Shown here piece by piece: positions 1 through 10,951 of a stretch of 64,000 bases of DNA; the stretch's first letter is position 1; the number at the start of each line of letters is the position of its first letter. The position numbers and the translations under genes were made by a program. The stretch is from Dimargaris cristalligena (Eukaryota), in assembly GCA_003614675.1 (NCBI GenBank), contig ML002210.1, positions 1-64,000 on the forward strand, written 5' to 3'. The notes beneath the pieces were generated by a model that saw nothing but the letters and a program-made list of their open reading frames with translations, did not search any database and was not told where the DNA came from.

Positions 1-121
1 TTTATTATCTATCTTTTCAAATAAAGTTCAGTTTTCAAGGATTTGATTTCAGTTCTTTACAGAGAATATAGGTGATTATTCAGCTAAAATTACTAGAGGC
101 TGGCTCAAACAGTTAGCCCCC

Positions 122-1125
122 AGTCTGATAGATCATCCAACTGTACTAAAGATCCTATCTAATAGTTTATCAAAGGCCACATGGAAGTCCTATGCCAGCC
201 ACAATTACCAATATCTTTAATTCTGTGAAAGGGCTGGGGTATTACCTCACCCCATCACTAATACCACTTTATTTCAATACTTTCTTCATCTATACACTGC
301 CCAAGTAAATTACCAGTCTGTACCTGGGAAGCTAGCCCCTTTAACTAAGTTTGATAAGATTATGTTCAGTGTGGCTCAATTTTCTAAAGATACAGTTACA
401 CAATCTTGTAAAAGGCATGCAGTACCACATTTTCAAGAGTTCCTAGGGTCAAAGGATCCCTATGGTGTACAGCAAATTCCATTACACTTCTTTACCCAGC
501 TGTATACCCCTAGGTGGTTATCTAATCCAGTGTAATTGGAATATGCAACCCTTTTCATCATTGGTATGGGAGAGGTTTAACTGAGCTGTATAACAAAAAA
601 TCCATTAGATAAAGCAAATATTACTGGTTAAAAATTAATCTCCCATATGCTTATTATTTAAAACCTTATACAACTGGGCCAAATTTCACATGTATTGTGT
701 TTGGCTGGTGGGTGAGTTTATTGGCAGCTTTACAATATCAAAACATGACCCTCCAGGATCACAGCCTATCAGTCTTTATCATTGGAGAAAAACAGAAAGC
801 TCATCTGGAGAGAGTCCATTGGGTAGCATGTCCCATTTGCCCGGGGTTCACAGCTATCATTAAATAATACCTATCCCAGATGGAGTCTGGGGTCCTTTGG
901 AAGACTTATAAGACAAACCCAGCTGCTTGGGCAACCCGGTGTCTTCAGGCTCTTCTGGTGTCCCTCAGATATCACTTAACCATTGCCTCTGAGTACTTGT
1001 CACATAGCTTGCAAAAAACAATGGTGGCTAGTATGTTGGCCACAAAGGTAGACCCATTGAGGGTGCTAGATTGGGGCTACTGGGATGATTTAGAGACTAT
1101 GTGGGCCTATTGCCGAATTAACTAA
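122..1125 (+). pseudogene. Degenerate tyrosine recombinase of a DIRS/Crypton-like transposon, interrupted by a MITE; element probably extends left of the window
   Basis: Frame from 122 reads SLSKATWKSY..YL*FCERAGVLPHP..LFQYFLHL (SAM-like N-domain). Excising 568-695 joins it in frame to LFIIGIVFGWWVSLLAALQ...K...YLSHSLQKTMVASML...LDWGYWDDLETMWAYCR, matching decayed R..K..HxxR..GxW..Y motifs. Three in-frame TAA stops; only about 4 CpG in the first 1200 nt. Confidence 0.8.
564..695. mobile_element. MITE copy 1 (internally deleted), inserted in the recombinase relic
   Basis: Clear similarity to the copies at 2881, 41725 and 47447; flanked on both sides by GTAT. Confidence 0.8.
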
Positions 1126-1755
1126 CCTTATTATGTGGATCTGCCTCTTTTATTTTCGTTTATTATTTAGTTTATCCTTAGATTATATTTTTCTATAATA
1201 TTCTAAAATCCTTTGGGCAACTCCCTTGTATTGGAGTTATAATTTCTGAGAGATAGAGCTATTGGGAATAGGCATCTATTAACGATAATTCGGCTTAAAA
1301 ACTCATTATATTAATAGAGGGGAAAGAAAAAATTCCGTAAAAATGTATCTCTCTCCTTTTATTACTTCCCACCAGCCGACCCTATCGGTTTATTCTATTT
1401 TTCCAGTCAAAATTTGTCTGCCGTGTTCTTTTCACATGTGTATGGCGACTTTTCGGTTGTTGCAGACCGTGTACTTGTCCATTCAGCGTAACAAGTAACG
1501 CTAATAAAATAGCAAACGTCAACGACATCTATTAACGATAATAAGCTTATACTGCGCCCGCTGGCGTGGGGACACGGCGGGGTCAGCCGCTGCTCGAAAA
1601 ACCTTTCTGACTTGTGATGCATACACCCACCGCATCCTTTCCATTCCATTCCTCTATTAGCAGTGCTGTCTTAATAGCTAGCTCCCTCAAGTCCGACCGA
1701 CTTGTTTTGTTCTCCACTATTGTTATTTCTCCTACAGACCATTTATAACTCCCCC

Positions 1756-4002
1756 ATGCCAACCTCCATCCCCCAACCGGTGACCCTCGCCCCGGCCGAG
1801 GCCTACCTCATCACTGCCGTCCACACCGCTCTTTTTGTGGGCAGTCTGTACCTGTTCCGAACCAAAGAGCTGGCGCGCCTGTCCCGTAACCACCCGCGCG
1901 TCATTCGTCAGCGTATTGCAAGTGTCTCCTGCGCTATTCTCGCGAGTGCGGCGCTATCGGTCTATTTCCTGGCCGTCAAAAACCCGGCTGTGGATGTAAG
2001 TGCCCCCCCTTATAGAGCTTACTATGTATTATTCCCGACCGTACACTGCGGCTTTACCACCTTCTCCTTGTATCTTCGGGGTGACCCCGAGCCGGGAATC
2101 GGCGGTGTACCCTTTTTGGCAAATTCCTACTCTGCCTATATGCGCCATGGCCCAGTCCTTTGGTCATTCTTTAAAAAAAGTCATTTTTTTTACAGTTGCC
2201 ATACCCGCTGCTAATGCGAAATGTCTCAAACCGTATTCCAATGCATTGATGATTCCTTTAACCCGGGCCCAGTGGTCCGGTTTGCTCCGTTGGATTTTAG
2301 CTCAAAGTGGCTGTACAGTATCGCATATCCAATCGGGCGCTTCGTTGGGGCTCGGAGCCACCTTGACCCTATTTGCCGGGCCATTGTGGGTAGAGTACCT
2401 GAGTATGCGTCGATCTGGCTGTGGGTTGCGCTATTTCATGGGCGACATTGGCACTGTTTTCCGGGACATCGGCACATGGCGGGACATTATTTTGGTAGGT
2501 GATCCGGGACGGAACTTTGGTCAACCGCCACCACATAGCATCCGTGATCGTCGTCTGAACCAATTTATCGTGTATTATGTACCCTAATTCCACTAACTGA
2601 ATGGTGAATTACTCTCTACGCTTTCTTCTGTACCCCCCCCCCCCCAATAGGCACCTTTGTTTGAAGAAATAGTCTTCCGGGGCTTGGTGGTTGTTTTGTG
2701 GAAAGCGGCCGGTATTTCCGCAATAACCACTATATTTCTCTCCCCTCTTTTCTTTGGCATCAGTAAGTACCAAGTGGCCCGTAGACGGCACTCTATCCTT
2801 GGTTTAAACTTGCCTCGTCTAGGCTGTCGCTCTCTGGTAAACGATTGCGGTGTACTGGAGTTGCGCCAATTGAGTTTGACATATGGGAGAAGTTCATTCA
2901 GGCTGTATAATGAAAAATCCATTGGGTGAGGTCAATATTACTAGTTAAAAGCTATTCCCATATACATTTGCCGATACATGTATTATGTAAAACCTTATAC
3001 AGCTGGTTTGAATTTCATCCATATTGAACACCCCTCATTCACTATAGAAATCACCCCTTCTATTAGGGAGACCCCTTTTCGGAAGGTCCTGAATTAATCG
3101 TAAATCGGTGCTCACCATTATTGTATGATCCTTGCCAACCGCCCCCATGAACCCTTAGGTCACTTACATCATTCGGTAGAACGATATCAGACCACCCGTA
3201 GTTTGACTTACGCTCTCCTCGCACCAGGTAAAACTATAGTTGACGCCAAACTTGAACATGCCCCTTGGCTCAATCTTTTGCTAACGGGGAAGCCATGCCG
3301 GACTTGTATAACCCCAAATCCTAAAAAAATGAAATCAATTTACTAATCGATATTCAAGCTGTAGTTTCTACTCCTTGTCTTTCTTAACATAATTATAATT
3401 ATAATTATACATATAAACATTACAATACGCGCGAACCTGGAACAAAACCCGATCTTGTACACCCCCCACAGCCTTCCAAATGACTTACTCGTCTGTGTTT
3501 GGTTGGTTTGCCGTATACCTGCTATTAGCCACTGGTAAGTAACTGCAAGTCATCAACAATACCTTGGATACATGCATCAGGTCGATAAGATCCGCTCCCC
3601 TACCAGCCCCAATTCCTGCAGCAGTTAGGGGAAACGCAGCTTCTAATGAGTTATCCTGGACACCCCCCCCCCTTAAATTGGCGTTATAAAACCAGGCAAC
3701 TTGATTTCCCCGACTATAAGCCATGCCATCTGTAACACGATTGGACTGCCTGATATTGCCAAGGTTTCCGAATTCCCGGATCAAGAGCGAAGTAAGTCAG
3801 CCTAAGCCATACATATCTTTCTATACTATCGAAGCTTCCGAGTAGCTCTCTAATCACGCCAAAACACATGGATATATCGACTAATACGCAACTGTTGGCA
3901 ATGCCGCTCTTCAAATAACTTTTAGGCATATGGGCAGTTTATATAATTGGCATCCTTGGGTTTGTCAGTATCATTTATTATATTGGACTGCCAAATATAT
4001 AG
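1756..4002 (+). CDS. RCE1: CAAX prenyl protease 2 (Rce1/CPBP family), 7 exons
   Basis: Exons 1756-1995, 2273-2494, 2651-2762, 3159-3227, 3472-3534, 3696-3791 and 3926-4002 join in phase. Motifs: R-N-H-P-x-V-I-x-x-R, APLFEEIVFRG, FFGISHLHH, FQMTYSSVFGW, HAICNTIGLP. Confidence 0.9.
2881..3024. mobile_element. MITE copy 2, in RCE1 intron 3
   Basis: 144 bp with imperfect ~30 bp TIRs (ATATGGGAGAAGTTCA...TGAATTTCATCCATAT); 126/144 identical to the 41725 copy by hand alignment. Confidence 0.88.
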
Positions 4003-4626
4003 CCCCGTCTACACCTTTATTTTATCCGTTCAATACAATGGTGGGGGGTGGTAGCGCTAGTCAAACAATGTATACATGCATACGGACATACTTCGATTTA
4101 TATTGCGTAGAGAAAAACCACTCCCCTTTCTAAATATAATAAGACCGACCTCTTTAATTAGTTAAACAACGGCAGTATATTATACGTGCACTGTTAAATA
4201 TTAATGCAATATTGGGGGGGGGGGTCTTTGAGTAGTTGCTTATATACCGCTAAAACCGCTAACTATGGGCATAGTGGATGTAATAACTCTACTACCTTGG
4301 GCCCCAATAGTTTTTTGAGGGATCGCTATTTAAATATTTAAGGACAGTCCGGATTAAACGGATATAGAGAAACAGTTACCTATGGAAAGCCTAATCCTTT
4401 TTCAGATCACAGATATGGCTGTGTACAAATCAATAGGTAGGTCTATGTTAATCTATTAACAAGGCTAGGCCCTGTAAGCGGTCCTGCATCTGCCCCCAGG
4501 ATAACTGTACAGCTATAATCCCTACACATTAGCATCTCAGTTTTATTGATATCTAGATAAACTTGCGTCCCACATAGTAAGGCGGGACGAAGGGGAATTT
4601 AAAGCCCCCGCTACCACCGAGCCAAA

Positions 4627-5172
4627 TCATTTATCGTCGGCGGAGGGTTTCTTAGTACCGTATTTTGAACGAGAAGAACCCCGGTTGGGTACACCCTGTA
4701 AATCGAGGGCCCCCCGAATAACATGGTAGCGTACACCGGGTAAATCGGGCACGCCGCCACCGCGGACTAGGACGACTGAGTGCTCCTGGAGGTTGTGGCC
4801 CTCGCCGGGAATGTAGGCGACGACGACCTCGCCGTTGGACAGGCGGACTCGGCATACCTTACGGACGGCAGAGTTGGGCTTCTTGGGCTTAGTAGTATAG
4901 ACTTTGACACACACGCCCTTCTTCTGGGGACAACCGTCCAGCTGAGGCGACTTGGAGATGTTGGGCCGGGTCTTACGGACACCACGTATGACCTGGTTGA
5001 GGGTGGCCATTGATTGTACAGACCCGAATTGGGGACGGAGAGTTGTATTACTGGAGACGGATCCAGAGTGGAGAGTGGGCCAGGCGGCACGGCCTCCTGC
5101 AGGCCGCGCGACCGATTGGACGAAAGGGGCAACACGGCCCCAGGAAGAAAGCGAACGCACAAGACCGAACAT
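4627..5172 (-). CDS. MRPS12: Mitochondrial ribosomal protein S12 (uS12m) with N-terminal presequence
   Basis: [43 protein letters not shown] and RSKYG; Arg/Ser-rich N-terminal extension; intronless. Confidence 0.95.
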   Translation of the reverse strand: MFGLVRSLSSWGRVAPFVQSVARPAGGRAAWPTLHSGSVSSNTTLRPQFGSVQSMATLNQVIRGVRKTRPNISKSPQLDGCPQKKGVCVKVYTTKPKKPNSAVRKVCRVRLSNGEVVVAYIPGEGHNLQEHSVVLVRGGGVPDLPGVRYHVIRGALDLQGVPNRGSSRSKYGTKKPSADDK

Positions 5173-5657
5173 GGCGAAATATAACTCAAGATAAATGGGG
5201 GGAAAAGGAAGCCGATCAATGCAGTATAGGTAGGAGGGACTTAGGAACGGAGGGCGAGCCGAATTACGAGAGATCTGCTACGAAACCTGACTGCATGGGG
5301 GGAAACAGCCAGGGCTGGTAGCTCATTCTAGATTGAAGACTAAGTGTAGGGCTGATTCCGACTGGACGCTGTAGTAGCTACTGGTTTGGTCAAGAATGTT
5401 ATGGGGGGGGCCTCTACTATGTACGCGGGGCAAATACTCCTTCCCCGTGGTACTTTATTTATCGGACCAGGCTTAAGTAAGCAATAATGGTGGGGGATAG
5501 GAAACTTAAAAAATTCATGGCTGTGTACAGAAAGCAATAGTTTTCACTGCTATTAGTTCGGTTCTATCTAAACCGTGAAGCACCCAACTGTCTCTGGTCT
5601 CCAGTATTTTCATTTTGTCCAAATAACTTTTTCCTCACCACCCCCCATAATACTACA

Positions 5658-7107
5658 ATGAGCAAGCGCATTCGGGACGACGCGGACCTGCCGCCCTCCG
5701 ACGAGGACGAGGAAATGGCCAGCTCGGGGTCGGGGTCCAGTGAGGGCGACGAGTCCGATCCGGACATGAAGGTACGCATTTCCCCCTTGGGGAGAGAGAG
5801 TCAGGACGGTTGGGCGAGAGGCAATATCAATAAGTAGCGGACATTGAAAGGGCGAACCTCTTGAGGCTGTGCTATGCTCTTTGCCTTACATTTTCGCGCC
5901 ATGTTTCACCTCAATGCAGTGCACTTGGCTTCTATTCGACTCAAGGCCACGGGCCTTTTCCATTATCCGTTCAACTTAAACTCGTTCGTTTTCTTATACG
6001 GTTTACTAATACTAACCAATGGGTCTGTTCTATATATATTAAAAAAAAACCTATTAATCCACGGCAACCTTAGGAAACCGTTGATGTGGACTTTGAATTC
6101 TTCGATCCTAAGGAGGGCGACTTCCACACCATCAAACGACTGCTTAGCCAACTCTTTGTCGAAGACAGCGAGAAAATGGATATATCCGGAATGACTGAGC
6201 TGATTATCCAGCAACCCCTTATCGGCACCTGCGTTAAAGTAGAGAACGATGGCGATCCATACGCCCTTCTGACGGTACTCAATATGCAGCAGCACGCCGA
6301 GCAAAACGCCATCAAGAAGCTGCGGAACTACTTGCTGCACAAGGCCCGTAGCTCCCCCAAAGCCAAGGACCTCTTGAGCAAACTCCTGGATCCGGCTAGT
6401 AAAAAGGCCGTTGGCTTTGTCTTGAGTGAACGGCTGGTCAATGTACCGCCCCAGATCACACCACCCATGTTCCGCATGCTGGCTGAGGAGATCCAATGGG
6501 CGGTGGAAGATGTAAGTTGATGCATTCATATATATATATATATATATATTATTATTATAGTATGGTTTTGTACCAAGGGGTATAGGGAGTGGCAGTGACC
6601 CTGTGACTGGTTCGCAAATGGCAGGGGTATTCCCTATACCAGGTCTATTTTAATTTTATGGTATCTATACTGTACGCTTAGACTAATCCCTGTGGCTGTT
6701 TTGGTGTGGGTATTCGTTAATATGGGGGATTGCCTGTAAATGCATTATAGAAAGAACCCTACGAATTCGAATACTATATTCTTATTTCGAAAACGTACCG
6801 CCAAGTGGAGTCTTCACTCGATGTGGATGACGAGGAAGAGACGCCGGCGGCCAAATCCGCCAAGGATAAGGGCCGCAAGAAGGGCCGGTTTGCGGACGCG
6901 GTCTTTTACATGCAACCGGAGGAGGAGTTCGTGGAGCAATTTGCGCAGATTTCCTTCGATTTCCGGCTATCAAAAGAGTCGGGGGTATCGGATAGCAAAC
7001 GGACTTTCAACGAGTTCGGGATTGCCCCCAGTCGTCGGTGCTTTATCATTGCCAAAGACAAAATGGAGGAGTTCGTGAAAGGACTGGAGTCTTTTGTCCT
7101 AGGATAA
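5658..7107 (+). CDS. BCP1: Bcp1/BCCIP ribosome biogenesis (uL14 chaperone) protein, 3 exons
   Basis: Exons 5658-5771, 6074-6511 and 6751-7107. Acidic N-terminus; VDVDFEFFDP..DFHTIKRLLSQLF, GFVLSERLVNVP, YILISKTY, QPEEE. Confidence 0.92.
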
Positions 7108-7991
7108 TTATTGATCCGATTACTTTTGTTCTATTTCCCATTGGGGTTATTTCACTGAACCAGAATAGCTCGCCCTTAATATCACCCGGAAGAAAGGATA
7201 CTGATATATATATATAGTTACAGTGATCATTTAGCCATCGGCCAATTATTATTTATAATTGATAAACTAGAGGCTTGGTTAAGCTATGGATGCGGAAAGA
7301 CAGGGGAGGGCTCTCGAAAGTGGAAATGGATTGGCACCACAGGGGGGGTGATGGGGCTCTGCGTCAATAGCAGAGAGGAGTTTAGGTTAATCCCATGGAT
7401 TTTAGTGCGGAACCGTTTATACTGTCAGGAGGGGGGGTCTCCCACGGCAGACCAAGGCTGGCTGCTATTTGCTCGTTAGTAATGGCAGGTAGACCTCCCC
7501 AAGTCACGCCCCGCCATAATAAGTGAGGTATATATTTACATATATAAACATTAGTAGAAGTTACTTACTGCCCTAAATCCCCGATTACCGGGCTATTAAA
7601 AGATATTGTATATTGATAGTTCCCAATAATAGAATACATTCCATACTCCCAAGGTAAAATCTTTTAAAAAAACGGCACATTGGGAGGGGATAGCGGCGAT
7701 TGTGCTGACCCTAGTCCTTCGGCATTCCTGTTCCCATCTATTTATAACGCCTGGTTTTACGGCGGAGTGGGGCGATAGTGATAGGCCGGCTGCCACTGTA
7801 GATTGCCCTCCCGCCTGCCTGTTTTGAGTCTCCGCAAGTGTGCGCCTCCTCCCCGGCTGTATTTAACCATTGATGCGCTCCGTCGCGCTGTGAGCTGCAT
7901 ATATCCCTCTCCCGCTCGCTGTATCTTCAACACTCCGTCTTTCTTCCCGCTCTTGCCTTTCTCCAGATTACATTCCTCCTTTGCTTAATTG

Positions 7992-8119
7992 GTAAGTCCC
8001 TATCGAGTCTTACGCGAACCCGTGCGTTTCTCGGTTGCATTCCTCACCCTCAAGTCCTTTAGCCTGGCAGCACTAACCGAGAGTTGGCGACACTACTTCT
8101 CTCTCCTACTCCCCGCCAG
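7992..8119 (+). other. Probable 5'UTR intron of the CBA1-like gene
   Basis: GTAAGT donor at 7992, CACTAAC branch at 8071-8077, pyrimidine tract, CAG acceptor at 8119; ATG at 8160. Confidence 0.7.
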
Positions 8120-8159
8120 GTCCTATTCTTATTTATATTCCTCGCCATCGCCGACTGCC

Positions 8160-9963
8160 ATGCCTCGACTGGCCCACGTTTTGCTTGCCGGTCTGGCCCT
8201 GTTCGCCGTTGCCCGCTCGGACGACTTTTGTAATGGCGACCCCGACAAGGATAACTTTCCCGACAAAATCGTAGTTGGTAAGTGAAGGGCGGACTGCTGG
8301 TGTTGTATATAGAATTATTCTGACCGTTCCGATAAAGTCCCCCCCGCTGATATTCTTTTGAGGGCTCCGCTGGCTTCCATTGCCACCTTGTGACCTTCTA
8401 CTTTGCCCGCATGTATCATCCACCAACTCAATCTTACTCTCTTCCGTTGTATCACCCGGTACGGCTTCTTGGTCCCGCCCTATCTAGGCTCGTCGTCCAA
8501 TTTCACCATCTCGTACAGCAATAATTACAAAATCCTGACCAACCAAATTGCCGGCGAGGCCTATGGTCTGTACTGTGGCTCCGACCGGCCCTCGGCACCG
8601 GGCAAAATCAAGGCTTGGTTCCAGGTCCCCATCACCTCGGTGGCTGTGCTGGATCGCACCCTCGTGCCCTATCTAGAGGTAAATCCGCCCTTCTATTTAT
8701 TTACATGGTATTCGGGATAGACCATCGAGTTCTTGTCCCCCCTATCCAGTAGAATACATTGAAGGGGCTGCTTCTCTTTTTTTTTCTCACCCCCCTCCCC
8801 CGGTTGTCTTTTGTATTACCCGGCCCGCTTATCTCTTATCCTTCCGCCAGGCGCTCAAACTCACATCGACCATAAAAATAGTCCAGGACCCCCAAAACGT
8901 CACATCACCCTGTGTACAGTCACTACTTAGCGATGGTTCGGCCAAGTCCCAGGCCAGTGCCTCGGCTGACGACTGGGCCCCCGTTCAGGTGGCCTTCACC
9001 AACACTTACTCCAATGATTCGTCCTACGTGGCCTTCTCCGCCTCGAATGACCACCTCTACCCCCTAGAGAAGGCCGAATGGATCAAGTTTATTTCGGTCT
9101 TCTTCAACGCCGAAGGCAACGCCACAGAATTCTACCAACACGTCAACGCCCAATACGATTGCCACACCAACAACATCGCCAAGGTGAACAAGCAACAAAT
9201 CGCCTGGAGCCAGTCTGGTAAGGACCTCGAGACGGGCGATGATTTCTGGACTCTGCAGAGTAATGCCTACGTAGAGCGGCTGACCTCCGATGCCGGTGGC
9301 CATCTCGTTAGTTCCAGCTCCGGTGTCACGAACGATACGTCGCGGTTCCAAACCGATGTCGCTACCGCCAATTTCGTCGTCGACCAGACCGACGTAGGTA
9401 CGGGCACGATGTCCTTCGATGGGTGGCTAAAGACCTTCGGCTATTCGGAAGACCCCAAATCCACGGACAATTCTTTCTACTTCCAGAAGCAGGTCTGGCG
9501 AACTGACAAGCTGCGCAACCAATACAACAATTACGACTGGGGCCAAACCTCGTTCGCCCGCCCCGATCTGGCCCTGGCTGACCTCATTACCATGCAGTAT
9601 CCCAAGTACCACGGTAAAATTGACGACGCGGCCAATCTGCAGTGGATGAATAATCTGGCCCAGCCCCAGGATATCGTTCGGCAGGGTTCCGCCTCGTGCG
9701 ACAAGACCCCTCTGGTCTCCACCTTCCCCCAGTGCCCCTCGTCCCCCAATCTGACCCTGCGGGACGAGTCGTCGTCGTCGTCGGACGGACTCAACGGGGC
9801 CCGGATTGCCGGCATTGTAATCGGATCGGTAGCCGGCCTGGTTTTGCTTGGGATCCTTTACGTCTTCTTGGCCCGTCGACGCCGTCGCCAGCGGCTCCAG
9901 GAATTCATCAACCTACGCAACCGCAACAGCGGTGAGTTGGACGATCAGCGTGAAGCCATGTAA
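8160..9963 (+). CDS. Type I membrane protein with a periplasmic-binding-protein (BtuF/CBA1-like) ectodomain, ~473 aa, 3 coding exons
   Basis: Exons 8160-8277, 8488-8678 and 8851-9963. Signal peptide; FTISYSNNYKIL, VPYLEAL, TSPC, PLEKAEWIKFISVFFNAE, DW..S..RPDLALADLI; C-terminal TM helix followed by RRRRR. Confidence 0.8.
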
Positions 9964-10951
9964 AGGAAGAAGATGACCCATCTACGGAAGGGTTGCGTTG
10001 ATTTTCAAATGTTCTCTATTAATATTATTCATTTTTTGATGCATGATCTGGGCGATATTGGCCTTCTTTTCCTCCCAATTTCGCCCTTTATGCTCGCATG
10101 TAATTCGTTTCCGAGTGACCAGGAGGGGCATCCGCCTCGGCCACTGAACCCACATTATGAACAGGTTTCTTTTAGTTCCATGCCATGTGTCTCTGGCTTT
10201 TTTTTCTATCATTGATTTATCTTTCTTCAAATCCCATGAAACAGTCCGGTTCTGAGCGAGAGCCAAGCACTACTGTCGGGCCATTTATCTCACCTTTATC
10301 CATAAATCAGTATGATACACCAAATATACTAGCCGCCCCTGAATTAATAATATGGCCTAGATAAATGAGACATGCTACACTGCCTAAAATGATTGAATTA
10401 TGCCGGTCTTCCCCCATTGGGGAACTTAAGCCCGGCTGTTGCACTGATACCGCGGGGTGACGTTGCTTGGTCGCCAATGTATTTCTAGTACACTTTCAAC
10501 TCCTGAAGGTAGTGGCTGAAATTTAAATAAAAATGATACTATAGTAGAGGCTACGTGAGCCCAGTCTAAAATCTACTAAGAAGACCTGATTAATTTGATT
10601 GTAATCTTTTATATGGCACTTTCTGGAAAGAAACCCCCCCAATCGTTCAAGAGATAGTTCAAACAAGAATGGGGGTGGAGGAGTCCCATAGTTAAAGCTA
10701 CACAGTGCCATGACCGTTTAGCATGAAGAGGCGCGCCGCAAAGAGCGGTGTGAACCATGGAAAAATAAAGCCCGCCGTATCCAAGCGAAACCAAGGCGAC
10801 CTCGCTGGTGGGGGGGATATAATAGGCCAACCCATTCCCTCATTCCCGCTATTTTTATAGTTCTGCCACACTACCTTCTTCGTCCCCGCCTGCTTAAACC
10901 CTTTATCTTTTCCTATTTTACCAAGTCGTTTCCATTCACATTTCGTCCACC

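Noticed and set aside
4414-5540. ATGGCTGTGTACA..CAATAG on both sides of MRPS12
   Set aside because: Only 13 bp are exact and similarity does not extend; insufficient for a retroposition TSD or an element.
7470-7830. GCCACTG and GGCAGGT/AGACCT fragments upstream of the CBA1-like gene, resembling cobalamin-riboswitch boxes
   Set aside because: Order, orientation and spacing do not fit, and the core GGGAA..GGTG.AA motif is absent.
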